In this document: one piece after another, positions 11,101 to 20,839 of the stretch | Layout of the letters: the number at the start of each line of letters is the position of its first letter | Position numbering within the stretch: position 1 is the first letter of the stretch | NCBI GenBank assembly: GCA_014376425.1 | Contig: JACMRO010000324.1 | Location: forward strand, 1 to 33,904 | DNA: 33,904 bases | Direction of reading: 5' to 3' | Source: Rubritepida sp. | GTDB taxonomy: Bacteria > Pseudomonadota > Alphaproteobacteria > Acetobacterales > Acetobacteraceae | Notes under the pieces: model-generated | The model's database searches: none | What the model was told of the DNA's origin: nothing | Seen by the model: the letters and a program-made list of their open reading frames with translations, nothing else | Program-made: the position numbers and the translations under genes

Positions 11101-14100
11101 ATACCTTGCGGCCAAAGCCCGGACTGATTGCCGCCGCCGCGACAGATGATGTCGGAGCTGGCGCGCATGGTGGGCGCCGAATACACCAGATGGCCCGCCA
11201 GCCGCTGGAACAAGGCCGCCGTCCCGAGCGAAATACCCAGGTGGTGCAGCTGCACCTGCGCCCGCGTCCAGGCCAGCGTCGCGGCCCGCGAAAACGCGCC
11301 GGCGTCACGATGCTTGTCCACGGCGTCCAGCAGCGCCTCGCGCGTCGGCGCCACTACCGTCCAGAAAGCTACGCGTACGGCCGAGCCGGGCGGTACACGG
11401 ATGCGCCGGCGCAAGGCGAAAATGGGGTCGAGCACCGTGCCCACCGTGCCTGACAGGCGGCCACCGCCGGCCATGGCGGCAGGGCTGCGCGCGTCATGAC
11501 CGCGCCCCAGGAAGCGGGCACGGTCGGTTTCGAACTGCGGCACCGCATCCGCCTCGCCTTCCACGATGCTCAGATGCGCAGCCCAAATGCCGGGATCATC
11601 CGGCCCGCGCTTGCGGCGCGTCGCCAGTAAGGCACCCAGTTCAGGCAGATAATCAGTCTCAACGAACAGCTTTGAGAAGGCCGGATGGGCGATGTCATCG
11701 GCCTGCCGCGCCAGCGACAGCTCGGCATAGGAGGTAACCTCGATCTCGCGCATGAAGGCGCCAGTGTTGGACACCGAAACGCGCCTGACCTCGGCATCGC
11801 TTTCAGCCGAGACGATCACTTCCAACGTGGTGGTCAGCGTGCCGTCGCTGCGGGTAAATTCGGCGCGGTCCTCATGAAAGATGACGCCGTAGTTATCGGG
11901 TTTCGCACCCGTGGGCTGTGCTCCAGCCGACCAGACCCGGCCCGACCGCACATCCCGCAGATAGGTGTAGGAGCCAAAATCGTCGCAGGTCGCATCCTCG
12001 CGCCAGCGGCTTACCGCAATGTTGCCCCAGCGGGTGTAGCCGGAGCCCGAGGCGGTCAGCATCGTCGAGAAGCGGCCGTTCGACATCACATGGGTAGCCG
12101 GCGTGCCCTGCTGCGCCATGGTGAATTTGCGGGCGCCCGACCGATCCTCCTCGGGGGTGCGATCGCCCGATTTTACTTCCACCGCGAAGGGCCGAACGAT
12201 CGCAACCTCGCGCGGCATCCGTTCCTGCAGTAGCAATTCAGTCGCCTGCACCATCGGCTCGGCATGGAAGCGCCGCCGCATGGCGCCGCCGTCGAGCGCC
12301 GTGGCCAGCGCCACAATGGTCATCCCCTGATGATGCGCCATGTAGGCGCGGACGACCGCATTGCCGGCCCCCCTGGGCAGCCGGGCGCGGGTGTAGTCGA
12401 TCGCTTCGTAGAAGCCGTAGCGGCCGCGCGCACCAGTCTTCGTCAGCTGCGCCAGGTTGGCACAAGCCGCGGTCGGATCGACCATCGCCCCCAGCGCCGT
12501 GGCATAGGGCGCGATGACGCTATTCTCGCTCAGGCCCCGCTTCAGCCCAAGGCTGGGGACGCCGAAATTGGAGTATTGATAGGTCAGTTCCAGGTCACGC
12601 GCGTTGTAAGCGGATTCTGAAATGCCCCACGGGATTTGCAGCGCCGCCGCATGCTCGATTTGGCGGCGGACCGCCAGGCGGTTGGTCTTTTCCAGCAGGC
12701 TGCCATTCGGTGCGCGCATCACCAGGGATGGCATCAAATATTCGAACATCGAGCCAGACCACGACACCAGCGCCGCGCCGTGGCCGACCGGAACCATGGC
12801 ACGCCCCAACCTGAACCAGTGCCGCGCCGGCACATCGCCCTTGGCGACGGCCAGGAAGCTGGCGAGCCGCGCCTCGGAAGCCAGCAGGTCGTAGCAGCTT
12901 GAATCCAGCGTGGATTCGGGCACTCGATAGCCAATCGAAAGCAACGTGCGGTCGTGGTCGAGCAGGAAGCCGAACTCCGTGGCCATGGCCATGGCGCGTG
13001 CAGTGTCTTCGAGTGTTGCCAACCGCACGCCCAGCGCTGCCCGGGCCTCGGCGTCCAGCTCGTGGTCACGCCGATGGCTGCGGATCGTGTGCTGGCAGGC
13101 TTGGACCCAGAATTGCAGGTCTTCGCCTGCGCCATGGCCGCGCTCGAAGGCCAGGGCCTGCGCGATCTCGGCCATCACGTCGGCCTGGGCGGCAAGGTCT
13201 GCAATCGGCTGCGCCGCGACCGCGACCCCGAGCGCCGCGAGCGCGCCGTCGAGCTGCCGCCAGGTGGTTGTTGCCGTTCGCTGGCCATCGTTCAGAAGTG
13301 CGGCCTCCCCGCGCGCGAGGTCGATCGCATCGGCGATACCGGTCAGTGGCAGGGGCGCCGCGTGCGTGAATTCGCGGCAGGCGTTGGCCAGGGCAATGAG
13401 GTGCCCGGCCAGGTTCCCGCTATCGACGGAGGAGATGTATTTCGGGTCCAGCGGGCGCAGGCTGCCGGTGTCGTACCAGTTGTAGAAATGGCCGCGATAG
13501 CGCTCCATCCCTGCCATGGTCGCCAGGGTGCCTTCCAACCGCTCGACGGCATCGAGTGTCCCAATCCAGCCAAAATCGCGTGCGCTGACCGTCGAAAGCA
13601 AATAGAGACCAAGGTTCGTGGGCGAAGTACGGCGGGCCAATACCGGTGCCGGGTCCTCCTGGAAATTATCGGGCGGCAGCAGGTGGTCGGCGGCGGTTAC
13701 GAACGTCTCGAAGAAGCGCCAGGTGCGCCGCGCGGTAAGCCTCAGTGCATGTCTTTCCTCTGGCGAGATCGCCAGCCGGGCCGCCGAGCGCGGCGCCGAA
13801 CTGGCCCAGCGTGCCACGGCGGGTGATGCGATCCACAGGAGCGCGAATGGTGCAGCCAGCCACCACTGATCGGAAAGCAGGGCCAGCAAGCCAGCCAACG
13901 CGCCAATCACCAGCCCGCCGCTCATCGAGCGGAAGGACCCTCCCAGGCCGGGCCGGCGACTGCGCGTCGCCTGCGCGGCGGGCACCCATTGCAGCAGATG
14001 CCGGTGCGAGGCGAAGAGCCGCCACAGGGTGCGCGATATCGCATCTCCCATCAGCCAGGCCTGGTGCGCCAGGAAGGTGACGAGCAGGCCCGACAGCGCC

Positions 14101-16745
14101 AGCGCTGTACGCAGGTCATAGGCCAAAGCCCGCCCATGGCTGGCCAGGGTCACGCCGGGCCGCCACGGTGCGATTGCGGCGATTACCGGCACCAGCGTGG
14201 GCAGCACAATGGTCGCCAGGACGAACAGCGTCCAGACCAGCGCGGCTTCCGGCAGCGGCAGCATCCAGCCGACGAGAAGTGCCAGGACCGCCGCAGGTGC
14301 AGATAGCGACCGCCGAAGATTTTCAAGCATCTTCCAACGGCCAATCGACGGCATGGAACCGCGATCGCGGGCCGCACCCAACGCTTTGCGGCCCAGAATC
14401 CAGGGCAGCAACTGCCAGTCGCCGCGGGCCCAGCGATGGTGACGCTGCGCGCCCACATCGTATCGAGACGGAAATTCCTCGACGACCTCGACATCGGAAG
14501 CAAGACCCGAGCGGGCATACACCCCCTCGAACAGATCGTGGCTTAACAGTGTGGAGTCGGGTACCCGGCCAGCGAGCGATGCCTCGAACGCATCAACATC
14601 ATAAATGCCCTTGCCGTTGTAGGAGCCCTCGCCGAACAGATCCTGGTACACGTCGGACACCGCCAGCGCGTAGGGGTCTATGCCGCTCAGGCTGGAGAAG
14701 ATGCGCTGGAACACCGAACCCTCGGTGCCGATGGGCTGCGACGGCGTTACCCGCGGCTGCAGCACGGCATAACCCTCGACCACACGACCCGCCGCGGCGT
14801 CCATGCGTGGGCGGTTGAGCGGATGCGCCATCTTGCCGATGAGCCGGCACACCGTGTCTCGCGGCAGCCTCGTATCGGAGTCGAGCGTGATGACGTAGCG
14901 AACACCGGCGGGCGGGCGCGGCGCCAGGCCGCCGGTCGCAATGTAGTTGGTGTCGAGGGCACCGCGCAGCAGGCGGTTCAGTTCATGCAACTTGCCACGT
15001 TTTCGCTCCCAGCCCATCCAGCGTGCCTCGCCGGCGTTCCAGACCCGTCGGCGATGAAACAGGAAGAAGCGGTCGCCATCTGGGCCGGGGCCCACGCGCC
15101 GGTTCAGCTCGGCCATGCCCGCCGCGGCAGCCGTCAGCAGGGCTTCGTCATCGGGCGCATGTTCGCTCAGTGCGTCCGTCCAATCGGTCAGCAGGGCGAA
15201 ATGGACGCAGCCGGCTGGGCTCGTCAGGTAATGCACTTCCAGCTGTTCAACCTGCTCCGCGATGGCGCTGATGGACGTCAGCAGGGTCGGCACCGCGACC
15301 ATCGTCCGAAATTCAGGCGGCACGCCGGCTGACAGGTCGAGCCCGGGCAACAGCCTGGCGCCGAAGCCGGTGGTGACCGCGCGGTTGACCAGGGACACGG
15401 CCAGATCTTGCGCCGAGATGATGCCGAGCACCGCCAGGAACCCCAACCAACCCCAACCAAGCCCTGCAGCGCCCATCGAGAAAAGCGGAATCGCCAGCAC
15501 CAGCAGCGTCGTGCAGATGACTGCGCCCGCATATCCACCGATGCCGACGGCACGATTCAGTCGGGCTGGCCAGGCGCGAAATGGCGGGCGAAAGCCGATC
15601 TCGATTTCGAAATCATGTCGCCCGCCAGACAGCAGATGATAGCCAGGATCGGATTTGCGTGGGTCATCCTGCGCACGCTGGGCGGCGGCCACAGCGTTGA
15701 GCGCGATGTCGAGCTCGCTGCAGTTCGAACGTGCCGCCAGCTCCTCGATCGCGCTGCGGTAGAGATTGCGCGTAGGGAAATCCATCGTCGCGAACTCGCT
15801 GCCGGCGGCAAGGACTTCATCGACAAGGCTGACGCTTTCGAACATCTCGTTCCAGTCCACGTCGGCGATCAGCCGCAGGCTGGTGATGATGTTGCGCACC
15901 GTGACATTGGCGGCGCCCTCGCTGTGGTGCAGCTCCTGCACCACAGCGTCGGCAGTGCGGCCCTCCATTTCCAGGCGCCGGTCGAGCCAGGCCAGTGCGG
16001 GCGTGACCGACGGATCCTGATCGCGCAGGCGATGCACGAGCTGCACCGCGAACGCATCGTCTAACGGGCCAATCGACAGGCCCGCAAACGCCGTTTCGAC
16101 ATCCTCACCAGCCTCGCCGTCAGCGCCCAGCAGCCTGTCGGCGATACGATCGGCGCTCTGTTCGGCCAGATAATTGCTATGCATCCGTTGCGCGAGGCGG
16201 CGCAGATTTTCGATCAGCACAATGCGAAGCGTGATCGAGCTGGCCCACAACTCGCCGATGGTGAGCGGCTGCACTGTTTGGTAGGCACGCAGGAAGCTGG
16301 AGAACATCCCCGGGTTAAAGCTGCTGTCGGTGTGCGCGACATAAGCCCAGGCAACGCCGAAAACCCGCGGATAGCCTGCGAAGGGGCCACTGACGAGTTT
16401 AGGCAGCTGCCGGTAAAAACTGGGGGGCAGGTGCAGGCGCACGGCACGAACTTGCCGTTCGACCACGTGAAAGTTATCGATCAGCCATTCGGCAGCCGGA
16501 GTGATGGGACGCGACTCCTCAACCGCATCCACCATGCCTCCGTAACTTTCGAGCAAACTCTCCGCATTTGCGGCGAGACGCTTGCCCAGCGGATCGCCGC
16601 GTCCTTTGCTGGTTGTCACGGGCTGGTCCGCGGCCAGGCTTCGGCCATGCATTTCCAGGCGCTCCAATCCGAAGATTTCGGCGCGGACGGGATCCTGGTC
16701 GTTCCAGATCGTCGAAGGTGTTGGCCTGATCAGCTGGCGGAGCAC
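8193..16745 (-). CDS. ndvB: Cyclic beta-1,2-glucan synthase (NdvB/ChvB/Cgs; GT84 + glucoamylase-like + GH94 phosphorylase domains)
   Basis: 2850 aa. It has WMGWERKRGKL, TLDSDT, GKGIYDVDAF, LLSHDLFEG and RWARGDWQLLPW (GT), a TM block, PPDNFQE/RTSPTN, SWSGSMFEYLMP and WGISESA, two GH94 beta-sandwich repeats, and QASGAYGFRDQLQD, GDWNDG and ENGGQYTH (GH94). Confidence 0.93.
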   Translation of the reverse strand: MLRQLIRPTPSTIWNDQDPVRAEIFGLERLEMHGRSLAADQPVTTSKGRGDPLGKRLAANAESLLESYGGMVDAVEESRPITPAAEWLIDNFHVVERQVRAVRLHLPPSFYRQLPKLVSGPFAGYPRVFGVAWAYVAHTDSSFNPGMFSSFLRAYQTVQPLTIGELWASSITLRIVLIENLRRLAQRMHSNYLAEQSADRIADRLLGADGEAGEDVETAFAGLSIGPLDDAFAVQLVHRLRDQDPSVTPALAWLDRRLEMEGRTADAVVQELHHSEGAANVTVRNIITSLRLIADVDWNEMFESVSLVDEVLAAGSEFATMDFPTRNLYRSAIEELAARSNCSELDIALNAVAAAQRAQDDPRKSDPGYHLLSGGRHDFEIEIGFRPPFRAWPARLNRAVGIGGYAGAVICTTLLVLAIPLFSMGAAGLGWGWLGFLAVLGIISAQDLAVSLVNRAVTTGFGARLLPGLDLSAGVPPEFRTMVAVPTLLTSISAIAEQVEQLEVHYLTSPAGCVHFALLTDWTDALSEHAPDDEALLTAAAAGMAELNRRVGPGPDGDRFFLFHRRRVWNAGEARWMGWERKRGKLHELNRLLRGALDTNYIATGGLAPRPPAGVRYVITLDSDTRLPRDTVCRLIGKMAHPLNRPRMDAAAGRVVEGYAVLQPRVTPSQPIGTEGSVFQRIFSSLSGIDPYALAVSDVYQDLFGEGSYNGKGIYDVDAFEASLAGRVPDSTLLSHDLFEGVYARSGLASDVEVVEEFPSRYDVGAQRHHRWARGDWQLLPWILGRKALGAARDRGSMPSIGRWKMLENLRRSLSAPAAVLALLVGWMLPLPEAALVWTLFVLATIVLPTLVPVIAAIAPWRPGVTLASHGRALAYDLRTALALSGLLVTFLAHQAWLMGDAISRTLWRLFASHRHLLQWVPAAQATRSRRPGLGGSFRSMSGGLVIGALAGLLALLSDQWWLAAPFALLWIASPAVARWASSAPRSAARLAISPEERHALRLTARRTWRFFETFVTAADHLLPPDNFQEDPAPVLARRTSPTNLGLYLLSTVSARDFGWIGTLDAVERLEGTLATMAGMERYRGHFYNWYDTGSLRPLDPKYISSVDSGNLAGHLIALANACREFTHAAPLPLTGIADAIDLARGEAALLNDGQRTATTTWRQLDGALAALGVAVAAQPIADLAAQADVMAEIAQALAFERGHGAGEDLQFWVQACQHTIRSHRRDHELDAEARAALGVRLATLEDTARAMAMATEFGFLLDHDRTLLSIGYRVPESTLDSSCYDLLASEARLASFLAVAKGDVPARHWFRLGRAMVPVGHGAALVSWSGSMFEYLMPSLVMRAPNGSLLEKTNRLAVRRQIEHAAALQIPWGISESAYNARDLELTYQYSNFGVPSLGLKRGLSENSVIAPYATALGAMVDPTAACANLAQLTKTGARGRYGFYEAIDYTRARLPRGAGNAVVRAYMAHHQGMTIVALATALDGGAMRRRFHAEPMVQATELLLQERMPREVAIVRPFAVEVKSGDRTPEEDRSGARKFTMAQQGTPATHVMSNGRFSTMLTASGSGYTRWGNIAVSRWREDATCDDFGSYTYLRDVRSGRVWSAGAQPTGAKPDNYGVIFHEDRAEFTRSDGTLTTTLEVIVSAESDAEVRRVSVSNTGAFMREIEVTSYAELSLARQADDIAHPAFSKLFVETDYLPELGALLATRRKRGPDDPGIWAAHLSIVEGEADAVPQFETDRARFLGRGHDARSPAAMAGGGRLSGTVGTVLDPIFALRRRIRVPPGSAVRVAFWTVVAPTREALLDAVDKHRDAGAFSRAATLAWTRAQVQLHHLGISLGTAALFQRLAGHLVYSAPTMRASSDIICRGGGNQSGLWPQGISGDLPIVLLRIDETDHLSVARELMRAFEYWRAKQLAVDIVFLNDRQSSYIQDLQEALEGLVRTSRVQQGGDPRLGRVYVLRADLISVEARALLSAAARVVLVARRGSLADQMGRSAPAARATTLPVPVLSALTRRAAVPPVPPPPTLELFNGLGGFDKDGREYVTILGPGQSTPAPWINVVANPHFGFHVPTEGGGFTWAANSRENQITPWSNDPVSDRPGEAFYLRDEESGAVWTPTALPIRDEALTYLARHGRGYSRFEHEAHGIRAELTQSVPLSDSIKISRLLLTNRSARPRQLSVTAYVEWVLGPSRSATLPFITTAIDPQTGAMFARNPWNIPFGSRIAFLDLRGGQTDWTGDRREFIGRNGSLADPAAVASGAPLSNTVGGGFDPCGAMRRRVTLPAHGSVEIVCFLGQATDAHAARELVTRYRGADLDAVAESVAVHWDNVLGRIQVRTPDRPMDIMLNGWLLYQALACRVWARAGFYQASGAYGFRDQLQDGMALVTSRPIETREHLLRAASRQFVEGDVQHWWLPHSGQGVRTRISDDRGWLALAVDHYVTATGDTAILDEQVPFLEAAALAAGEHERFFQPEASETTGTLFEHCARALDQSMAVGSHGLPLMGTGDWNDGMNRVGEQGLGESVWLGWMLHSAFTVFARRAEVRDDVAHAAAWRAHAANLQAALEREAWDGDWYRRGFYDDGTPLGTASAVECRIDSIAQSWAVLSGAADPIRAAHAMASAERELVRPKERLALLFTPPFGKTERDPGYIKAYPPGVRENGGQYTHAGLWLVMAFAALGEGGKASRLFAMLNPINHARTRSDTHRYKVEPYVVAADVSGTEPHTGRGGWSWYTGSSGWMQRAGVESILGLRVQADVLLFDPCISAAWPSFEMTLRHGAARYEIRVENPDGFERGIAQATLDGTLLAAGPLRLALKDDGTTHRLLVRLGPRAPLAATVVSPAVAGVGEA

Positions 16746-16861
16746 CGTTGCATTGCTCCCGCACCAGTAGGGTGCAGAGGATCAACGCCGTTTGAGGTGC
16801 CTGGTTGCTCTGCGGTACTCCCTCGGGAGCACTATCACGGCAGGTCGACGGAAACCTTGTG

Positions 16862-17065
16862 ATGCGCCCGACCCGTGGTCTCGAACCGGCAAGCTGGCAG
16901 CTGCACGAGATCTTCGATGGCTCGAACCTGTTGGGGCATGAGCGGCTTTATATGCCCGACGGCCCACGCTATGCGATGCGTGAGATGCGCCTGAACGCGG
17001 TGTCAAAGGCCTCGATTGCCCTTGGCTCGCGGGGCTGGGCGGAGCGGGTGCGTCGCCCTCCATAG
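16862..17065 (+). CDS. Hypothetical small protein or gene fragment
   Basis: 67-aa ORF (MRPTRGLEPASWQLHEIFDGSNLLGHERLYMPDGPRYAMREMRL…) with protein-like composition and many G/C-ending codons. Family not recognised. Confidence 0.35.
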   Translation: MRPTRGLEPASWQLHEIFDGSNLLGHERLYMPDGPRYAMREMRLNAVSKASIALGSRGWAERVRRPP

Positions 17066-17344
17066 CGGCCGGACCACGCCATGACTGGCGTATTCCCCGC
17101 CAGACAATCACGGATAAGAACGGGCCTGAGATGACGGCGAACGGAATTGCTTCGGCGCGAAGTCTGGCGGTCAGCGACATGTTGGAGAAGCGCTGCCAGT
17201 GTGAGGGTCTTCGTTGAAGAAGTGAGGGACCCTGGAAGGCGAAGCACTGACCGCCGGGGTCACACCATCGTCAATCTTCGGCAACTGGCGACTGCCACGC
17301 CGACCCGGGCGAGCCCGGCCGAGCGCTGGCCATGAGGATTTGGG

Positions 17345-20119
17345 TCAGCCCCCTGCCGCGCCTGTTGAGATCGGGCTTCTGCGGGATCGCCATCCGCTCA
17401 GAGCTTTTACAAATTCAACTACAAAGACCGGCGTTACTGCCCCCGCCATCACCACGCCCCAATCGCTCCAAGATAGTGCAACCGTCTTCAGCACCTCGCG
17501 CAGCAGCGGCACCTCGACTGCGGCGACCTGCAGGGCCATGCAGATGCCGGTAGCGCCCCAGAGCCAGCCATTCGTGAACAGCCGCGATGTCAACGCCGAG
17601 CGGGTACGAGACCGCGCGCTGAAGGCGTGCAACACCTGCGCCATGGCCAGGGTCATGAATGCAATGGTAACAGCGTGGCGCAGCCCTTCGCCCTCCGTCC
17701 CATACCAGCGCATCCCCACCGCGAATGCCGCGAGTGTGCAGCCGGCAATCAAGGCACCCTGCCAGACGATGAGCCAGCCAAAGGCAGGGGTCATCAGCGG
17801 TTCGGCCGGATCGCGCGGTGGGCGGCGCATGACATCCGGCGCAGAGGGTTCCAGCGCCAGGGCCATCGCCGGGAAGATGTCGGTGACGAGGTTCAGCCAT
17901 AGGATCTGCATGACCCCCAGCGGCAGTGGCCAGCCAAGCAGGATGGCGGCGCCGACGGTTACGATCTCCGCGAAGTTGCAGGAGAACAGGTAATGGATGA
18001 AGCGCAGGATATTGTGGACGATCACCCTTCCCTGCTCGACCGCCGAGACGATGGTCGCGAAATTATCGTCGGTGATGACCATGGCCGATGCACCCTTGGC
18101 GACCTCGGTGCCGCGGATGCCCATGGCAATGCCGATGTCGGCCTGGCGTAACGCCGGCGCATCGTTCACCCCGTCGCCGGTCATCGCCACCACCTCGCCG
18201 CTGCGCTGCAGCGCCTCGACGATCCGTAGCTTGTTCTCGGGCGAGACACGGGCGAACACCGCGGTCTCGTTCGCCAACTTCATCCAACCAGCGTCATCGA
18301 GGTTGGCCAGCGCACTGCCATGCACGGCCTGTAACGGCTTGCCCTGCCGGTCGATGTGGAGCCCAAGTTGGCGCCCGATCTCGGCGGCCGTGGCAAGCTG
18401 GTCGCCGGTGATCATGACCACGCGCAGGCCAGCCTCGCGGCAGTGGGCGATGCTGGCGATCACCTCGTCGCGCAGTGGATCGATCATGCCGACGAAGCCC
18501 ACGAAAGTCAGGCCGCGGGTCAGATCGGCATCCTCGAACCCATCGGGCAGATCGCGAAAAGCCAACCCCAGCACGCGCAGCGCGCCGCCCGCCAACGCCT
18601 CGTTCGTAGCGCGTGCCTGCCGCATCGCCTCCTCGGTCATGGCAGTCTCGCCGTCAGGTCCCAGCACCGCAGTGCAGGCGGCCAGCACACTGCCCGGCGC
18701 GCCCTTCGCATAGGCCACGGTGCCGCTGCCGGGCGTGGTGTGCACCGTCACCATCAGCATGGTCTCGCTGCTGAAGGGCAGTTCGCGGATGCGCGGATAT
18801 TCAGCGTGCAGCGTGTCGCTATCGAGACCTGCCTTCTCGGCGGCAATGATCAATGCCGCTTCGGTGGGATCGCCCAGGATACTGACGGCATCGCCGCCGC
18901 GGTCGATCTTCGCGTCGTTGCACAAGGCGCCGATGCGCAAGGCCAGGCTCAGCGGCTCCACCTCGATATCGCGCCCATCGACCTGGAACAGACCCTTCGC
19001 GACATAACCGGTACCGGTCACATCCACGCGCAGTTCGCCCAGGGTTAGCGCACGCACGGTCATCTCGTTGCGCGTCAACGTCCCCGTTTTGTCGGTGCAG
19101 ATCACGGTCGTCGAGCCCAGCGCCTCGACCGCCGGGAGCTGGCGTACCAGGGCGCCCATGCGGGCCATGCGCTGCATGCCCACCGCCAGCGTCATGGTGG
19201 TAACCGCGAGGAGCCCTTCGGGTACCGCGGCGATCGCTAGTGAAATGCCGACTTCCACCATAAACAAAAGCTCATTGCCGCGTAGCCATCCGATCATGAC
19301 GATGACGACGCACAGCACGAGCACGATGACGAGCAAGGCGCGGCTGAGTTCGGCGAGCTTGGCTTCCAGCGGCGTGCCATGCGCCGCCACGCCCTCGATC
19401 AGCGTGCCGATCCGGCCCATTTCGGTCTGCGCACCAGTGGCGGTTACGATGCAATGGCCGCGCCCATCGGTGACAGCCGTCCCCATGTGAACCATGTTGC
19501 TTTGGTCGCCGAGCGCCATCTGCGCATCGGCCAGCGTGGCGGCGGATTTCGGAACGGGCAGGGATTCGCCAGTCAGCGCCGCCTCATCCAGCTGCAACTG
19601 CACATCCTGGATAACGCGACCATCGGCCGGCACGCGGTCGCCGGCGGCTAGCACAACGACGTCACCCGGCACAAGCTCCTGCGCGGGGATCTCGTGCGCT
19701 TCACCTTCGCGCAGCACGTGGGCGGTGGCGATCGACTGGCTGCGCAGGGCGGCCAGTGCGCTCGCCGCCTTCCATTCGGTCGCGAAGCCGATGGCGGCGT
19801 TCAACAGGATCACCACCAGGATGGCCAGTGCTTCCGCCACATCACCAAGTGCGAGCGCCACGCCCGCGGCCGCCACCAGCAGGCCGACCATGAGGTTGGC
19901 GAACTGCCGGCCGAGCAAGGCAAGGATCGAGCCTTGGCGAGCCTGTGGCAGCGCATTGGGGCCGTAGCGTGAGAGCCGCGCGGCCGCGTCCGCGCCACCC
20001 AGGCCGCGGTTCAGGTCGGTGTTCAACGCGGCCGCCACCTGCTCGGCGGACTGCGCGTGCCAGCTGGGTACAGTCCGTGGCTCACCCCTCTCAATTTCGG
20101 TGAGCGCCACTTCGTTCAC
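17345..20119 (-). CDS. P2A-type cation (Ca2+-like) transporting P-type ATPase
   Basis: LTGES, AAVPEGL, CTDKTGTLT, KGAP, MITGD and [11 protein letters not shown], plus TM5 NFAE and TM6 NLVTD SERCA-like ion ligands; 924 aa. Confidence 0.93.
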   Translation of the reverse strand: MNEVALTEIERGEPRTVPSWHAQSAEQVAAALNTDLNRGLGGADAAARLSRYGPNALPQARQGSILALLGRQFANLMVGLLVAAAGVALALGDVAEALAILVVILLNAAIGFATEWKAASALAALRSQSIATAHVLREGEAHEIPAQELVPGDVVVLAAGDRVPADGRVIQDVQLQLDEAALTGESLPVPKSAATLADAQMALGDQSNMVHMGTAVTDGRGHCIVTATGAQTEMGRIGTLIEGVAAHGTPLEAKLAELSRALLVIVLVLCVVIVMIGWLRGNELLFMVEVGISLAIAAVPEGLLAVTTMTLAVGMQRMARMGALVRQLPAVEALGSTTVICTDKTGTLTRNEMTVRALTLGELRVDVTGTGYVAKGLFQVDGRDIEVEPLSLALRIGALCNDAKIDRGGDAVSILGDPTEAALIIAAEKAGLDSDTLHAEYPRIRELPFSSETMLMVTVHTTPGSGTVAYAKGAPGSVLAACTAVLGPDGETAMTEEAMRQARATNEALAGGALRVLGLAFRDLPDGFEDADLTRGLTFVGFVGMIDPLRDEVIASIAHCREAGLRVVMITGDQLATAAEIGRQLGLHIDRQGKPLQAVHGSALANLDDAGWMKLANETAVFARVSPENKLRIVEALQRSGEVVAMTGDGVNDAPALRQADIGIAMGIRGTEVAKGASAMVITDDNFATIVSAVEQGRVIVHNILRFIHYLFSCNFAEIVTVGAAILLGWPLPLGVMQILWLNLVTDIFPAMALALEPSAPDVMRRPPRDPAEPLMTPAFGWLIVWQGALIAGCTLAAFAVGMRWYGTEGEGLRHAVTIAFMTLAMAQVLHAFSARSRTRSALTSRLFTNGWLWGATGICMALQVAAVEVPLLREVLKTVALSWSDWGVVMAGAVTPVFVVEFVKALSGWRSRRSPISTGAAGG

Positions 20120-20146
20120 CAGCGAGGGTGCCGGATGGACATCCTG

Positions 20147-20839
20147 CTAAAGGAGGCCACGCAGGATCAACGGCATGGGCTCCAGCCGGTCGTGAACAAC
20201 CGTCACGCCGGGAACGCCCCGCGCCAGAACCATCAGGCCTTCCCGCATCGCATCGGACCGGGCAAAGCCGTAGAGGGTGACCGCACCGCCTGAGACCTCG
20301 GGATACACCCAGTAGATGTCTACCCATGCCTGTTCGCGCATCGCGGAAATCAAGGCACGAAGGATGACGCCGTCATCGGTCTGAGTGCCGGTCTCAGCGG
20401 GCGCGCGGAGGATGGCCCGCAACAGGTCCGCGCGGCTGACGATCCCGACCAAGCGCCCGTCTTTGAGGACCGGGACACGGCGAATGCCATGCGTCTCCAT
20501 CAGCCGGGCAATCCGCTCGGCTGATTCTCCTTCCGTGACGGTGACCAAGGCGGCGGACATCACATCCCGCGCGCAGGCACCATGCGCCTTGGCGAAGCGC
20601 TGGATCAGAGGCTTGGTCGCGCCAAAGCTTTGCAGGAACCATGCAAATGGGCCGGGCGGCTCGTCCGCCAGGCGGCGAATCAGATCACCCTCGGTGACGA
20701 TGCCCAGCGGGACGCCCTGCGCATCCACCACAGGCACTGCCGAAATGCCGCGTGCAGCCAGCAATTCGGCCAAAGCCGTCACTGGCATTTCAGGCGGCAC
20801 GACGACCAGATTGGTCGACATCAACTCTTTCGCGATCAT
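20147..20839 (-). CDS. CBS-pair plus BON domain protein
   Basis: Two CBS domains (ISAVPVVD..GIVTEGDLIRR; IRRVPVLKDGRLVGIVSRADLLRA) and a C-terminal BON-like domain (VSGGAVTLYG...VPGVTVVHDRL). GGAGG RBS precedes the ATG. Confidence 0.9.
   Translation of the reverse strand: MIAKELMSTNLVVVPPEMPVTALAELLAARGISAVPVVDAQGVPLGIVTEGDLIRRLADEPPGPFAWFLQSFGATKPLIQRFAKAHGACARDVMSAALVTVTEGESAERIARLMETHGIRRVPVLKDGRLVGIVSRADLLRAILRAPAETGTQTDDGVILRALISAMREQAWVDIYWVYPEVSGGAVTLYGFARSDAMREGLMVLARGVPGVTVVHDRLEPMPLILRGLL

Noticed and set aside
8374-16862. Many long antisense and alternate-frame ORFs over the glucan synthase and ATPases
   Set aside because: These are Arg/Ala/Pro-rich shadow ORFs expected in high-GC coding DNA.
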